Below, piece after piece: positions 46,428 through 54,696 of a stretch of 64,000 bases of DNA (within the stretch, counting starts at the first letter, position 1; every line of letters starts with the position of its first letter). Source of the stretch: an uncultured bacterium. Its GTDB lineage: Bacteria > Patescibacteriota > Minisyncoccia > Minisyncoccales > RBG-13-42-11. Location: contig CAWBPO010000001.1 of the NCBI GenBank assembly GCA_963790795.1, forward strand, positions 204,073 to 268,072, read 5' to 3'. The notes beneath the pieces were generated by a model. It was not told where the DNA came from and made no database searches. It saw nothing but the letters and a program-made list of their open reading frames with translations. Both the position numbers and the translations under genes were made by a program.

Positions 46428-46925
46428 ATGAAAGAAAGAATAAAAGCTGCCTATGTAGCTTTTCGTAATCCCGCTGTTGTAGAAGTTCGTGATGCTTTGA
46501 CAGGCGCGATGACTCGCAGAGAATTTCTGCGAATAGCTGGTAAGATATTGAATCGCGCTCAGAGAAACAGTCAAACAATCTCATTGGTGATGCTTGATAT
46601 GGATGGATTGAAGGCCATCAACGATGCGCAAGGACATAGGGCCGGGGATATGGCAATAAAAACACTTGCCAAAACCATCTTCGACAACATGCGGCCCTTG
46701 GATATTTGCGCACGCTGGCACGGCGATGCCGGCGACGAGTTTATTCTAGTTCTCTTAGATGTAAATTTAAGAGATGCTATAAAAGTTGTTCGGCGTATTC
46801 AAAAAGTGTTTCCCGGGTTTTCCTGGGGGATCACTCAATCTGGATTAGATGATAGTGATACCTTAGAATCCATGATTGACCTCGCCGAAACACGTATGTA
46901 TCGCCAGAAAAATAAAAAAAAGTAA
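46428..46925 (+). CDS. stand-alone GGDEF-domain protein (putative diguanylate cyclase) with variant HGDAGDEF active-site motif
   Basis: DALTGAMTRREF, LVMLDMDGLKAINDAQGHRAGD, RPLD (RxxD I-site-like) and WHGDAGDEFILVL. No sensor domain. GC-richer than its flanks. Confidence 0.8.
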   Translation: MKERIKAAYVAFRNPAVVEVRDALTGAMTRREFLRIAGKILNRAQRNSQTISLVMLDMDGLKAINDAQGHRAGDMAIKTLAKTIFDNMRPLDICARWHGDAGDEFILVLLDVNLRDAIKVVRRIQKVFPGFSWGITQSGLDDSDTLESMIDLAETRMYRQKNKKK

Positions 46926-46929
46926 ACCG

Positions 46930-46966
46930 GGCGGGGACAGCGTTCTAATCGTTGCCCCGCTATTTT
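46930..46966. terminator. bidirectional terminator hairpin between the GGDEF gene and pth
   Basis: GCGGGGACAGCG (46930-46941) pairs with CGTTGCCCCGC (46949-46959), with a T-rich tract downstream. Confidence 0.6.
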
Positions 46967-47537
46967 ATTTATTATATGTATTCATTGCCTTTTGCAGCCC
47001 TTTGTTTATTATTGTTTCAACCGCTTTGCCAGTTTTTTTTATTACTTCTTTTGCAATCTTTTCCTCTTCTCTATTAAATTTTTGAAGAACAAACTTATCT
47101 AAAGCTTTAATCTTTAAGTTGTTGTTTTTTGCTTTTATACCGATACGCAATCTTATAAAATCCTTTGTTTTCAGTTCATTGATTATTGATTCCACGCCTT
47201 TGTGATTAGCTGCTCCTCGATTCTTAGCAATCCTTATCTTGTTTAAAGGAATATCAATATCATCGTGAATGACAATTAAATCCTTAGTTTTCGATTCCAG
47301 ATTTTTGAGTAACAGCTTCGCCGATTTTCCGGAAAGATTCATGAATGTTTGCGGTTTGGCAAGAACAATCTTTTGGTTATTATATGTTCCTTTTGAAACT
47401 TCAGCGTTGAAAATTGATTTAAAAGTGAAAGCTGGAAAATTAAAATTATCAGCAATCTCATCTATTGCTCTGAAGCCGATATTGTGTCTTGTCTTTTCGT
47501 ATTTTTTGTCCGGGTTTCCCAGACCGATAATAAGCAT
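46965..47537 (-). CDS. pth: peptidyl-tRNA hydrolase
   Basis: MLIIGLGNPDKKYEKTRHNIGF. Confidence 0.94.
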   Translation of the reverse strand: MLIIGLGNPDKKYEKTRHNIGFRAIDEIADNFNFPAFTFKSIFNAEVSKGTYNNQKIVLAKPQTFMNLSGKSAKLLLKNLESKTKDLIVIHDDIDIPLNKIRIAKNRGAANHKGVESIINELKTKDFIRLRIGIKAKNNNLKIKALDKFVLQKFNREEEKIAKEVIKKTGKAVETIINKGLQKAMNTYNK

Positions 47538-47643
47538 TGTAATTTTATATTATAGCGAACAAAGTTCGATATATCAAACTGCGGTTTGCTATAGCAGGTT
47601 TCGTCTGATATACTAAAACTTTGTTTTGTTATAGCATTATCTA

Positions 47644-47671
47644 TTGATAAGTATAAAAATTTTGATATAAT
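47644..47671 (+). promoter_or_regulatory. sigma70-like promoter with extended -10 (TTGATA-16 nt-TGaTATAAT)
   Basis: TTGATA at 47644-47649 and TATAAT at 47666-47671, upstream of lepB. Confidence 0.5.
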
Positions 47672-47680
47672 TAGAAAAGT

Positions 47681-48238
47681 ATGAAGTCGTTTTTAATATT
47701 CGTCTGGGAAATCAGCAAGATAGTTATTCTTGCTTTATTGATAGTTATTCCCATCCGTTATTTTATTTTTCAGCCTTTTTTTGTCAGGGGCCAGTCAATG
47801 GAGCCTAACTTTGAGAATGGAGATTATTTGATTGTCGATGAAATTTCTTACAGGTTCAGGGATCCCTTGAGAGGGGAAGTGGTTGTTTTTAAATATCCCA
47901 ACGATCCTTCCCAGCGCTACATCAAAAGAATTATCGGCCTTCCTGAAGAAACAATAGAAATAGGGGACGGCAAAGTTGTAATTTACGATAATGAAGGAGG
48001 CCAGGTTTTGGAAGAATTAGATTATCTTTCTTCTTCTGTTTTTACTGCAGGAAGCCTTAAAGTAGTTTTGGGAGAAGATGAATATTTTGTTTTGGGCGAT
48101 AACAGAGCTGTTTCAGCAGATTCAAGGAGATGGGGAACTTTACCCGGGGAAAACATCATTGGCAGAGCCCTGTTTAAAGCCTGGCCTGTGAGCGCCTCGG
48201 CAAAAATTGATACCCCGGAATACGCTCCAAATCAATAA
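47681..48238 (+). CDS. lepB: signal peptidase I
   Basis: GQSMEPNF (catalytic Ser), YIKRIIGLPEE (Lys box) and GDNRAVSADSR. Confidence 0.93.
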   Translation: MKSFLIFVWEISKIVILALLIVIPIRYFIFQPFFVRGQSMEPNFENGDYLIVDEISYRFRDPLRGEVVVFKYPNDPSQRYIKRIIGLPEETIEIGDGKVVIYDNEGGQVLEELDYLSSSVFTAGSLKVVLGEDEYFVLGDNRAVSADSRRWGTLPGENIIGRALFKAWPVSASAKIDTPEYAPNQ

Positions 48239-48243
48239 TTTAT

Positions 48244-49548
48244 ATGAAAAAACTAAAATTTCAAGCTCCTACCGGGATGCATGATATTCTGCCGGAAGAC
48301 CAGGGATATTTCCAAAAGATTTACAATACTTGCGAAACAGTGGCTAATTTTTACGGATTTCAAAAGATAGACACTCCGATTTTAGAAGATACAGCTCTTT
48401 ATGAAAAAGGAACTGGTTTGACGACTGATATTGTCCAGAAACAAATGTTCACTTTACGGACAAAAGGCGGAGACCATTTGACCTTAAGGCCTGAATTAAC
48501 CCCTGGTGTTGTCAGGGCTTATCTGGAACATGGCATGCAGTCTTTGCCCCAGCCGGTAAAACTGTATTCAATAGGTCCGGTATTCAGATACGAGCACCCT
48601 CAGGCAGGAAGATTCCGCCAGTTTAATCAATTGAACATTGAAGTTATTGGCGAGGACAATCCAGTGATTGACGCTCAAATTATCCAGATTTTTTACAATA
48701 TTTTAAGCGAGCTCAAATTAAAGAATTTAATTATTGAGATAAACAGCATAGGAGATAGCCAATGCAGGCCTTATTATAAAAAGCTTCTGGTCAGCTATCT
48801 TAAATCAAGAGATGCTTCTCTTTGTGCAGACTGCCGCCGAAGAATAAAGGAAAATCCTTTAAGGATTCTGGACTGTGAAGAGGAAAAGTGCCAGAGAATA
48901 GCAAGTCAGGCGCCGCAGCTTATCGACCATCTTTGCGAAGAATGCCACAGCCATTTTAAAGGGGTTTTGGAGTTTCTTGACGAGACTGAGCTGCCTTACC
49001 GTTTGAATCCTTATCTGGTAAGAGGACTTGATTATTACACCAAGACTGCTTTTGAAATTTTTACTGAAAGCCCGAAGAAAACAGAAGAAAAAGAATTTCT
49101 TTCCAAGAAAGCCTTGGTCGGAGGCGGTCGCTATGACGGTTTGGTCAAATTACTTGGAGGAGAAGAGATAAAAGCTGTCGGAGGAGCAATGGGCATAGAA
49201 AGAGTGGTTGCTCTTATGAAAAGCAAGGAAATGAAAACTTCCAAATCAGCTAATCCGCAGATTTTCCTGGCCCAGCTTGGCACAATGGCTAAAAGAAAAA
49301 GCTTGAAGCTTTTGGAAGATTTTAGAAAAGCTAAAATCCAGGTGGCAGAATCTTTTGGCAAGGATTCTTTGAAAGCCCAGTTGAGAATGGCTGACAAGAT
49401 TGGAGCAAGATACACTCTTCTTTTAGGCCAGAAAGAAGCTTTGGACGGCACGATTATAATCAGAGATATGAAAACGGGCAAACAGGACATAATAAAGATG
49501 GAGAAAACAGTGAAAGAAATGCAAAGGCGTTTAAAAAGCAAACATTAA
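48244..49548 (+). CDS. hisS: histidine--tRNA ligase
   Basis: GMHDILPED, LRPELTPGVVRAY, FRYEHPQAGRFRQF and GGGRYDGL. Confidence 0.94.
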   Translation: MKKLKFQAPTGMHDILPEDQGYFQKIYNTCETVANFYGFQKIDTPILEDTALYEKGTGLTTDIVQKQMFTLRTKGGDHLTLRPELTPGVVRAYLEHGMQSLPQPVKLYSIGPVFRYEHPQAGRFRQFNQLNIEVIGEDNPVIDAQIIQIFYNILSELKLKNLIIEINSIGDSQCRPYYKKLLVSYLKSRDASLCADCRRRIKENPLRILDCEEEKCQRIASQAPQLIDHLCEECHSHFKGVLEFLDETELPYRLNPYLVRGLDYYTKTAFEIFTESPKKTEEKEFLSKKALVGGGRYDGLVKLLGGEEIKAVGGAMGIERVVALMKSKEMKTSKSANPQIFLAQLGTMAKRKSLKLLEDFRKAKIQVAESFGKDSLKAQLRMADKIGARYTLLLGQKEALDGTIIIRDMKTGKQDIIKMEKTVKEMQRRLKSKH

Positions 49549-49552
49549 ATAT

Positions 49553-49894
49553 ATGGGAAACTGCATATTTTGCCAAATTGTAAACAAAGAGGAACCAGCA
49601 GACATTGTTTTTGAAAACGAGGAAGTTTTGGGCTTTAAGAACATTCATTCAGAATCGCCCATTCATTATCTTTTTGTTCCCAAGAAGCATTTGGAATGGA
49701 AAGATGAGTTTGACGAAAAAGATTTAGCTCTTTTATCCCAGGTGGTATCTTCGGCCAAAAAGGTTGCCATTGAACAGAATGTCTTTCATGCTTGCAAATT
49801 TATCTTTAATGTCGGTAAAACAGGACATGTTCCTCACATCCATCTTCATTTTTTGGGCGGATGGAAAGGAAAAATCCCAATGCAAAACATTTAA
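49553..49894 (+). CDS. HIT family nucleotide hydrolase
   Basis: CIFCQI... and histidine triad HIHLHFLGG. Confidence 0.88.
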   Translation: MGNCIFCQIVNKEEPADIVFENEEVLGFKNIHSESPIHYLFVPKKHLEWKDEFDEKDLALLSQVVSSAKKVAIEQNVFHACKFIFNVGKTGHVPHIHLHFLGGWKGKIPMQNI

Positions 49895-49907
49895 TACAAA
49901 AAATATT

Positions 49908-50171
49908 ATGAGTACAAAAAAAATGGTTATTGAAGTGGAAAAACAAGGCAGGGAAAACTCTCAGAGTTTGATTCGCCGCTTTACGAAAAAAGTCCAGAAA
50001 AGCGGCATTTTGCCCAGGGCGAGAAAGAATCGTTTTTTCCGTCGGCCAAAAAGCGAACAAATGAAAAAGAGAGCTGCCTTAAGGCGGGAAAAATCAAAAA
50101 TAGAGTACGAAAAACTTGAAAAATTAGGCCTGTCAAAAGATTCACATTATGATTTTAAAAGAAGAAATTAA
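49908..50171 (+). CDS. rpsU: 30S ribosomal protein S21
   Basis: ENSQSLIRRFTKKVQKSGILPRARKNRFFRRPKSEQMKKR. ATG 49908 chosen; the 49764 extension overlaps the HIT gene. Confidence 0.85.
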   Translation: MSTKKMVIEVEKQGRENSQSLIRRFTKKVQKSGILPRARKNRFFRRPKSEQMKKRAALRREKSKIEYEKLEKLGLSKDSHYDFKRRN

Positions 50172-50625
50172 GTTAAAACTTAATTCAGCCCTAAGAGAAA
50201 AGAAAACATTGGAAGTTTTAGTTTTGAGGCAGCTTTTAGCTGCTCTTTTAAATAAAGAGAAAGAAAAGAGATTTAAAAGCAAGGAAGAGAAAGAAGCTCA
50301 GTTGACTGACGAAGAAGTAATGGAAGTTATTTCTTCCGAAGCTAAAAAAAGAAGAGAATCAATTGTGGAGTTTGGAAAAGGAAACAGGAAAGATTTGGCG
50401 GACAAGGAAAAAGAAGAACTGGATATTTTGGCGAAATATCTGCCAGAACAAATGTCAGAGGAAGAAATTAGAAAGCTGGTCAAAGAAGCGATTGAAAAAA
50501 CAGGAGCTTCCGAAATGAAGGACATGGGAAAAGTGATGCAGGAACTAATGCCCCAGGTCAAAGGCAAAGCAGATGGCAATTTAGTAAGCCAGATTGTAAA
50601 GGAGTTATTGGTAAATCAAATATGA
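50149..50625 (+). CDS. yqeY: GatB/YqeY domain protein
   Basis: LKLNSALREKK..., SEAKKRRESI and MGKVMQELMPQVKGKADGNLVSQIVKELL. Confidence 0.85.
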   Translation: MILKEEIKLKLNSALREKKTLEVLVLRQLLAALLNKEKEKRFKSKEEKEAQLTDEEVMEVISSEAKKRRESIVEFGKGNRKDLADKEKEELDILAKYLPEQMSEEEIRKLVKEAIEKTGASEMKDMGKVMQELMPQVKGKADGNLVSQIVKELLVNQI

Positions 50626-51029
50626 TTGAGATAAACAATTTAACTGTCGCTTCAGTTGATTATGATTTTTTGAGAAAAATTGCTAAAATTGTTTTGAATA
50701 AAGAAAAGAGGAAATTGGATTTATCCATTGCTCTGGTAGGACCTGCCAGGATAAAAGAATTAAACAAGAAATACAGAAAGAAAAACAAAACAACAGATGT
50801 TTTGTCCTTTTCATACGATACTTTCGGAGAAATAGTTATTTGTCTCAGGGAAGTCAGGCAAAACGCAAAGAAGTTCGGATTTTCTTTTGAAGAAGAGTTA
50901 GCTAGAGTTCTCATTCACGGTATCTTGCATCTTTTGGGATACGAGCATGAGAAATCTAAAAAAGAAGCTGAAAAAATGGAAAAAAAAGAAAATTATTATT
51001 TGAATTTATGGCTAAAGCTCAAATCATAG
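50622..51029 (+). CDS. ybeY: rRNA maturation endoribonuclease YbeY
   Basis: HGILHLLGYEH zinc motif. Confidence 0.92.
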   Translation: MIEINNLTVASVDYDFLRKIAKIVLNKEKRKLDLSIALVGPARIKELNKKYRKKNKTTDVLSFSYDTFGEIVICLREVRQNAKKFGFSFEEELARVLIHGILHLLGYEHEKSKKEAEKMEKKENYYLNLWLKLKS

Positions 51030-52228
51030 CTGGCTTAGACATAGGTTCAAGCAATATTAAATTATTGGTGGCGGCAAGAAAAAAAGAAGAGCCGGATTTT
51101 GAAGTGCTTTTTCGGGCTGAAGAGCCTTCTTTGGGCGTGAGAAGGGGAGTTGTCATTGACGTTGAAAGGGTTTCCCGGCTTATCCAGATTCTTGTTGACA
51201 AGGCAAGAAGTGAAATCGGACAGAAAATCAATTCTGTTTTCATTAATATCGGAGGCGGCCATCTTTTCTGCGCTCATTCTAGGGGCATGGTAGCTGTTTC
51301 CCGAGCAGACAGGAATATTTCCAAGGAAGACGTAGAAAGGGTTTTACAGGAAGCTGTCAAAGCAGTTGCCCTACCTTCAAACAACGAGCCCTTGGAAACC
51401 GTTCCCAAAGAATTCATTGTTGATGGTATGGGAGAGATTAAAGCTGCTGAAGGACTGCAGGGCAGCAGGCTGGAAACAGAGGTTCTGATTCTGAGCAGCT
51501 TTAGCCCTTATAAGAACAATTTAGTCCAGGCGGTTTTGGATGCAAATCTGCAGGTTTTAGACGTAACTCCTTCTCCGATAGCCGATTCTTTTGCTGTCCT
51601 TTCCCAAAAACAGAAGGAAATAGGGACAGTTCTCTTGGACATTGGCGCCGGCACTTCCCAGTTGGCGGTTTTCAGAGAGGGAGATTTAGCTGATTTGGCT
51701 GTTTTTCCGATAGGATCGGCCAATATAACTTCAGACATTGCTGTTGGCTTGAGAACGGATATTGACACTGCCGAGACAATAAAGCTGAAGCTGGGCAGCT
51801 GTTTTGCCAAAGGCAAGGAGAAAAAAGAAAAAATCAATATTGAAGGAGAAGAGCCTTTGGTTTTTTCACATAAAGCTTTAAGCAATATTATTGAAGCAAG
51901 GGTTTCGGAGATTTTCGTGGAAGCGCAAAAAGAGTTAAAGAAATTTTCAAAGCAGGAGCCTTTGGCCGGCGGCGTGATTTTGACAGGCGGCGGAGCAAAA
52001 CTGCCAAAGATCGTGGAACTGGCCAGGAAAGAATTGAAGCTTCCCTGCCGCTTGGGGAAAATTTCCTCTTTTCCCGAGCTAGAAGACGATTTGAGTTATG
52101 CCACTGTTTGCGGATTGGTTCTTAGGGGAGCTGATTCAGAAGAATTAGGAAATCGGCAAGGGGTCAGTGGATTATTTGAAGGCGTAGGAAGTAAAATTAA
52201 AAAAATAATAAAGAATTTTATACCTTAA
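51008..52228 (+). CDS. ftsA: cell division protein FtsA
   Basis: Actin-fold motifs GLDIGSSNIKLLVA, LLDIGAGTSQLAVF and ILTGGGAKLP. C-terminal amphipathic tail. Confidence 0.92.
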   Translation: MAKAQIIAGLDIGSSNIKLLVAARKKEEPDFEVLFRAEEPSLGVRRGVVIDVERVSRLIQILVDKARSEIGQKINSVFINIGGGHLFCAHSRGMVAVSRADRNISKEDVERVLQEAVKAVALPSNNEPLETVPKEFIVDGMGEIKAAEGLQGSRLETEVLILSSFSPYKNNLVQAVLDANLQVLDVTPSPIADSFAVLSQKQKEIGTVLLDIGAGTSQLAVFREGDLADLAVFPIGSANITSDIAVGLRTDIDTAETIKLKLGSCFAKGKEKKEKINIEGEEPLVFSHKALSNIIEARVSEIFVEAQKELKKFSKQEPLAGGVILTGGGAKLPKIVELARKELKLPCRLGKISSFPELEDDLSYATVCGLVLRGADSEELGNRQGVSGLFEGVGSKIKKIIKNFIP

Positions 52229-52233
52229 TTTTT

Positions 52234-53166
52234 ATGCAAAGGACTGACACAAAAATCAAAGTTGTCGGAGTGGGCGGCTCCGGCTTGAATGCAATATCCA
52301 GAATGGCAAGGTGCAATATAAAGGGGGTTGAATTAGTTGCCATTAATACTGATGCCCAGGATCTGGCAAGGGCCAGAGCAGAGGTGAAATTAAGAATCGG
52401 CAGGAAAATTACCCATGGCTTGGGAGCTGGCATGAATCCTGAAATCGGCAGAAAATCAGCTTTAGAAAACCGCCAGGAAATTGCAGAAGCTTTGAAAGGC
52501 TCTGATATGATATTTATTACTTGTGGTTTTGGCGGAGGAACTGGCTCAGGAGCTGCTCCTGTTATTGCTGAGATTGCCAGAGAATTAGGCGCTCTTACTC
52601 TGGCAGTAGTGACAAAACCTTTTTCTTTCGAAGGTCAGGTCAGGCAAAGAATTGCTGAAAACGGCATAAGGCGCCTGAAAGAAAACGTTGACACCTTGAT
52701 TTGCATTTCCAATGACAAGCTTCTTTCATTTTTAGACAGCAAAACTTCTCTTGTTAATGCTTTTTGGGTTTGCGACGATATTTTGCGCCAGGCAGTCCAG
52801 GGAATTTCAGATTTAATTTTATTACCAGGGATTATTAATGTTAATTTCGCTGATATCAAGACCATTATGAAAGATGCCGGCTCTGCGCTTTTTGGAGTAG
52901 GTGCGGCTCAGGGAGAAGGCAGGGCGGAAAAAGCAGCTTTTTTAGCCATAAATTCTCCTTTATTGGATATATCAGTCAAAGGAGCCAAAGGCGTTTTATT
53001 CAATGTTTCCGGCGGAAAAGACATTTCGCTTTCTGAAATTGACGAAATTGCCAAAGTTATTACCAGAGAAGTCAACCCCGAAGCTAAAATAATCTTTGGC
53101 GCAGTGCAGGACGAAAAATTAAAACAAGGAGAAATAAAAGTGACGGTAATCACTACAGGCTTCTAA
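52234..53166 (+). CDS. ftsZ: cell division GTPase FtsZ (core only, no C-terminal linker or tail)
   Basis: VVGVGGSGLNAISRM and the tubulin signature GFGGGTGSGAAPVIAEIA. 310 aa, ending directly after the globular core. Confidence 0.92.
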   Translation: MQRTDTKIKVVGVGGSGLNAISRMARCNIKGVELVAINTDAQDLARARAEVKLRIGRKITHGLGAGMNPEIGRKSALENRQEIAEALKGSDMIFITCGFGGGTGSGAAPVIAEIARELGALTLAVVTKPFSFEGQVRQRIAENGIRRLKENVDTLICISNDKLLSFLDSKTSLVNAFWVCDDILRQAVQGISDLILLPGIINVNFADIKTIMKDAGSALFGVGAAQGEGRAEKAAFLAINSPLLDISVKGAKGVLFNVSGGKDISLSEIDEIAKVITREVNPEAKIIFGAVQDEKLKQGEIKVTVITTGF

Positions 53167-53174
53167 GATAGTAA

Positions 53175-54674
53175 ATGAGCAAATCTCTGATTTTTTTCTT
53201 TATTTGCCTTTCGTTTATCGGAGGCATTTTTTTAAATTCTTTTTTCTTTTTCCATTTTCTGCATTTTGGAGTTGGGTTGATTTTGACGATTCTGCTTATC
53301 TCTGTTTTTTGGGGCCGTCAGAGAATTGTTGTAATCGGTTTCTGTGTTTTGTTTTTGGTTTTCGGAGCTTTTTGGCATGGGAGAGCTGAATTGAAAGCTT
53401 TTAACAATGAGTTGAGGTCTTATAACGACCGGGGACAAACAATAATCTTAACGGGCACAATTGCTGATGAGCCGGATATAAAGGAAAAAAGCATAAGAAT
53501 AAAAGTGCAGAGCGAGAAATTAGAAATTAACGGAGAAGCAATCAGTGTTTCGGGATACGTTTTGGTTACTGTTTGGCGGTATCCTGAATATCAATACGGA
53601 GACAAGCTGGCAATTGCCGGCAAATTGGAAACGCCGCCGATTTTTGATAGTTTTAATTACCAGGATTACCTTAAAAAGGACAGAATTTATTCAGTAATGA
53701 CTTTTCCGAAAATAGAGCTTGTTGGTTCTGGTTTTGGCAAGCCTGTGATGAAAGCTCTTTTTTCTTTTAAAAATAAATTTAAGGAAACCAGTCGCAGTTT
53801 GATTTCTTTGCCGCAAGAAGGGTTGCTGGAAGCTTTGGTTTTTGGAGAAGAAAACAATATTTCTCAGGAATGGAAAGACAAGCTGAACTTTACCGGCACC
53901 CGCCACATTGCCGCAGTTTCCGGGATGAATACAACCATTATTTCAGTGCTGCTTTTGAGTTTTCTTCTTTCTCTCGGCTTTTGGAGAAAGCAGGCTTTTT
54001 ATTTTACAATCGTTTTGCTTATTTTTTACATTTTAATGGTCGGCGCTCCGGCTTCTGCTGTTCGGGCAGGCATTATGGCTGGATTATTTTTGTTTTGCCA
54101 GTATCTCGGCAGGATGAATGTTTCTTCGAGAGCAGTTGTTTTTGCGGCAGTGCTAATGTTATTTTTAAATCCTTTGATTTTAAAACTAGATGTTGGCTTC
54201 CAATTGTCTTTTTTGGCGATATTAGGAATGATTTATCTGCAGCCTGTTTTTTCCGAATTGTTGAGGAAAGTCCAGAATTTTAGATTTTTCCCTTTAAAAA
54301 CTACGCTTGAAGCTACTTTTTCCGCCCAGGTTTTTACCATGCCGATTTTGATTTATAACTTTGGCTACATGTCTTTGGTTTCGCCGATAACCAACGTATT
54401 GATAGTTCCTTTTCTGGCTCCAATCACCATTTTGATTTTTATATTTAGCTTGGCTGCAATAACATCCCATATTTTAGGAGTTTTTCTTTCTTTTCCAGTG
54501 TGGCTGTGTTTGGCTTATCTGACAGAGATTATAGATATATTTTCCAGATTTCCTTTTGCTTCTTTGAGGCTTGAAAACGTCCATTGGATTGTCTTATTGG
54601 TTTTCTATTCTGTTTTGGCGATGATTATTTGGCGGACGCAGAAAAGGCAAAAGCTGAAATTTCTCAAATACTGA
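53175..54674 (+). CDS. comEC: ComEC/Rec2 family competence membrane protein (no metallo-beta-lactamase domain)
   Basis: N-terminal TM plus OB-like segment, then a polytopic region with GTRHIAAVSGMN. Confidence 0.85.
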   Translation: MSKSLIFFFICLSFIGGIFLNSFFFFHFLHFGVGLILTILLISVFWGRQRIVVIGFCVLFLVFGAFWHGRAELKAFNNELRSYNDRGQTIILTGTIADEPDIKEKSIRIKVQSEKLEINGEAISVSGYVLVTVWRYPEYQYGDKLAIAGKLETPPIFDSFNYQDYLKKDRIYSVMTFPKIELVGSGFGKPVMKALFSFKNKFKETSRSLISLPQEGLLEALVFGEENNISQEWKDKLNFTGTRHIAAVSGMNTTIISVLLLSFLLSLGFWRKQAFYFTIVLLIFYILMVGAPASAVRAGIMAGLFLFCQYLGRMNVSSRAVVFAAVLMLFLNPLILKLDVGFQLSFLAILGMIYLQPVFSELLRKVQNFRFFPLKTTLEATFSAQVFTMPILIYNFGYMSLVSPITNVLIVPFLAPITILIFIFSLAAITSHILGVFLSFPVWLCLAYLTEIIDIFSRFPFASLRLENVHWIVLLVFYSVLAMIIWRTQKRQKLKFLKY

Positions 54675-54696
54675 AAATGAGATATAATAAAAGAAC

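Noticed and set aside
49764-49907. N-terminal extension of the S21 ORF and the 59914 start of the clpB ORF
   Set aside because: Both extensions overlap the preceding genes (HIT and htrA) and add non-homologous residues. The internal ATGs at 49908 and 59956 give canonical N-termini.
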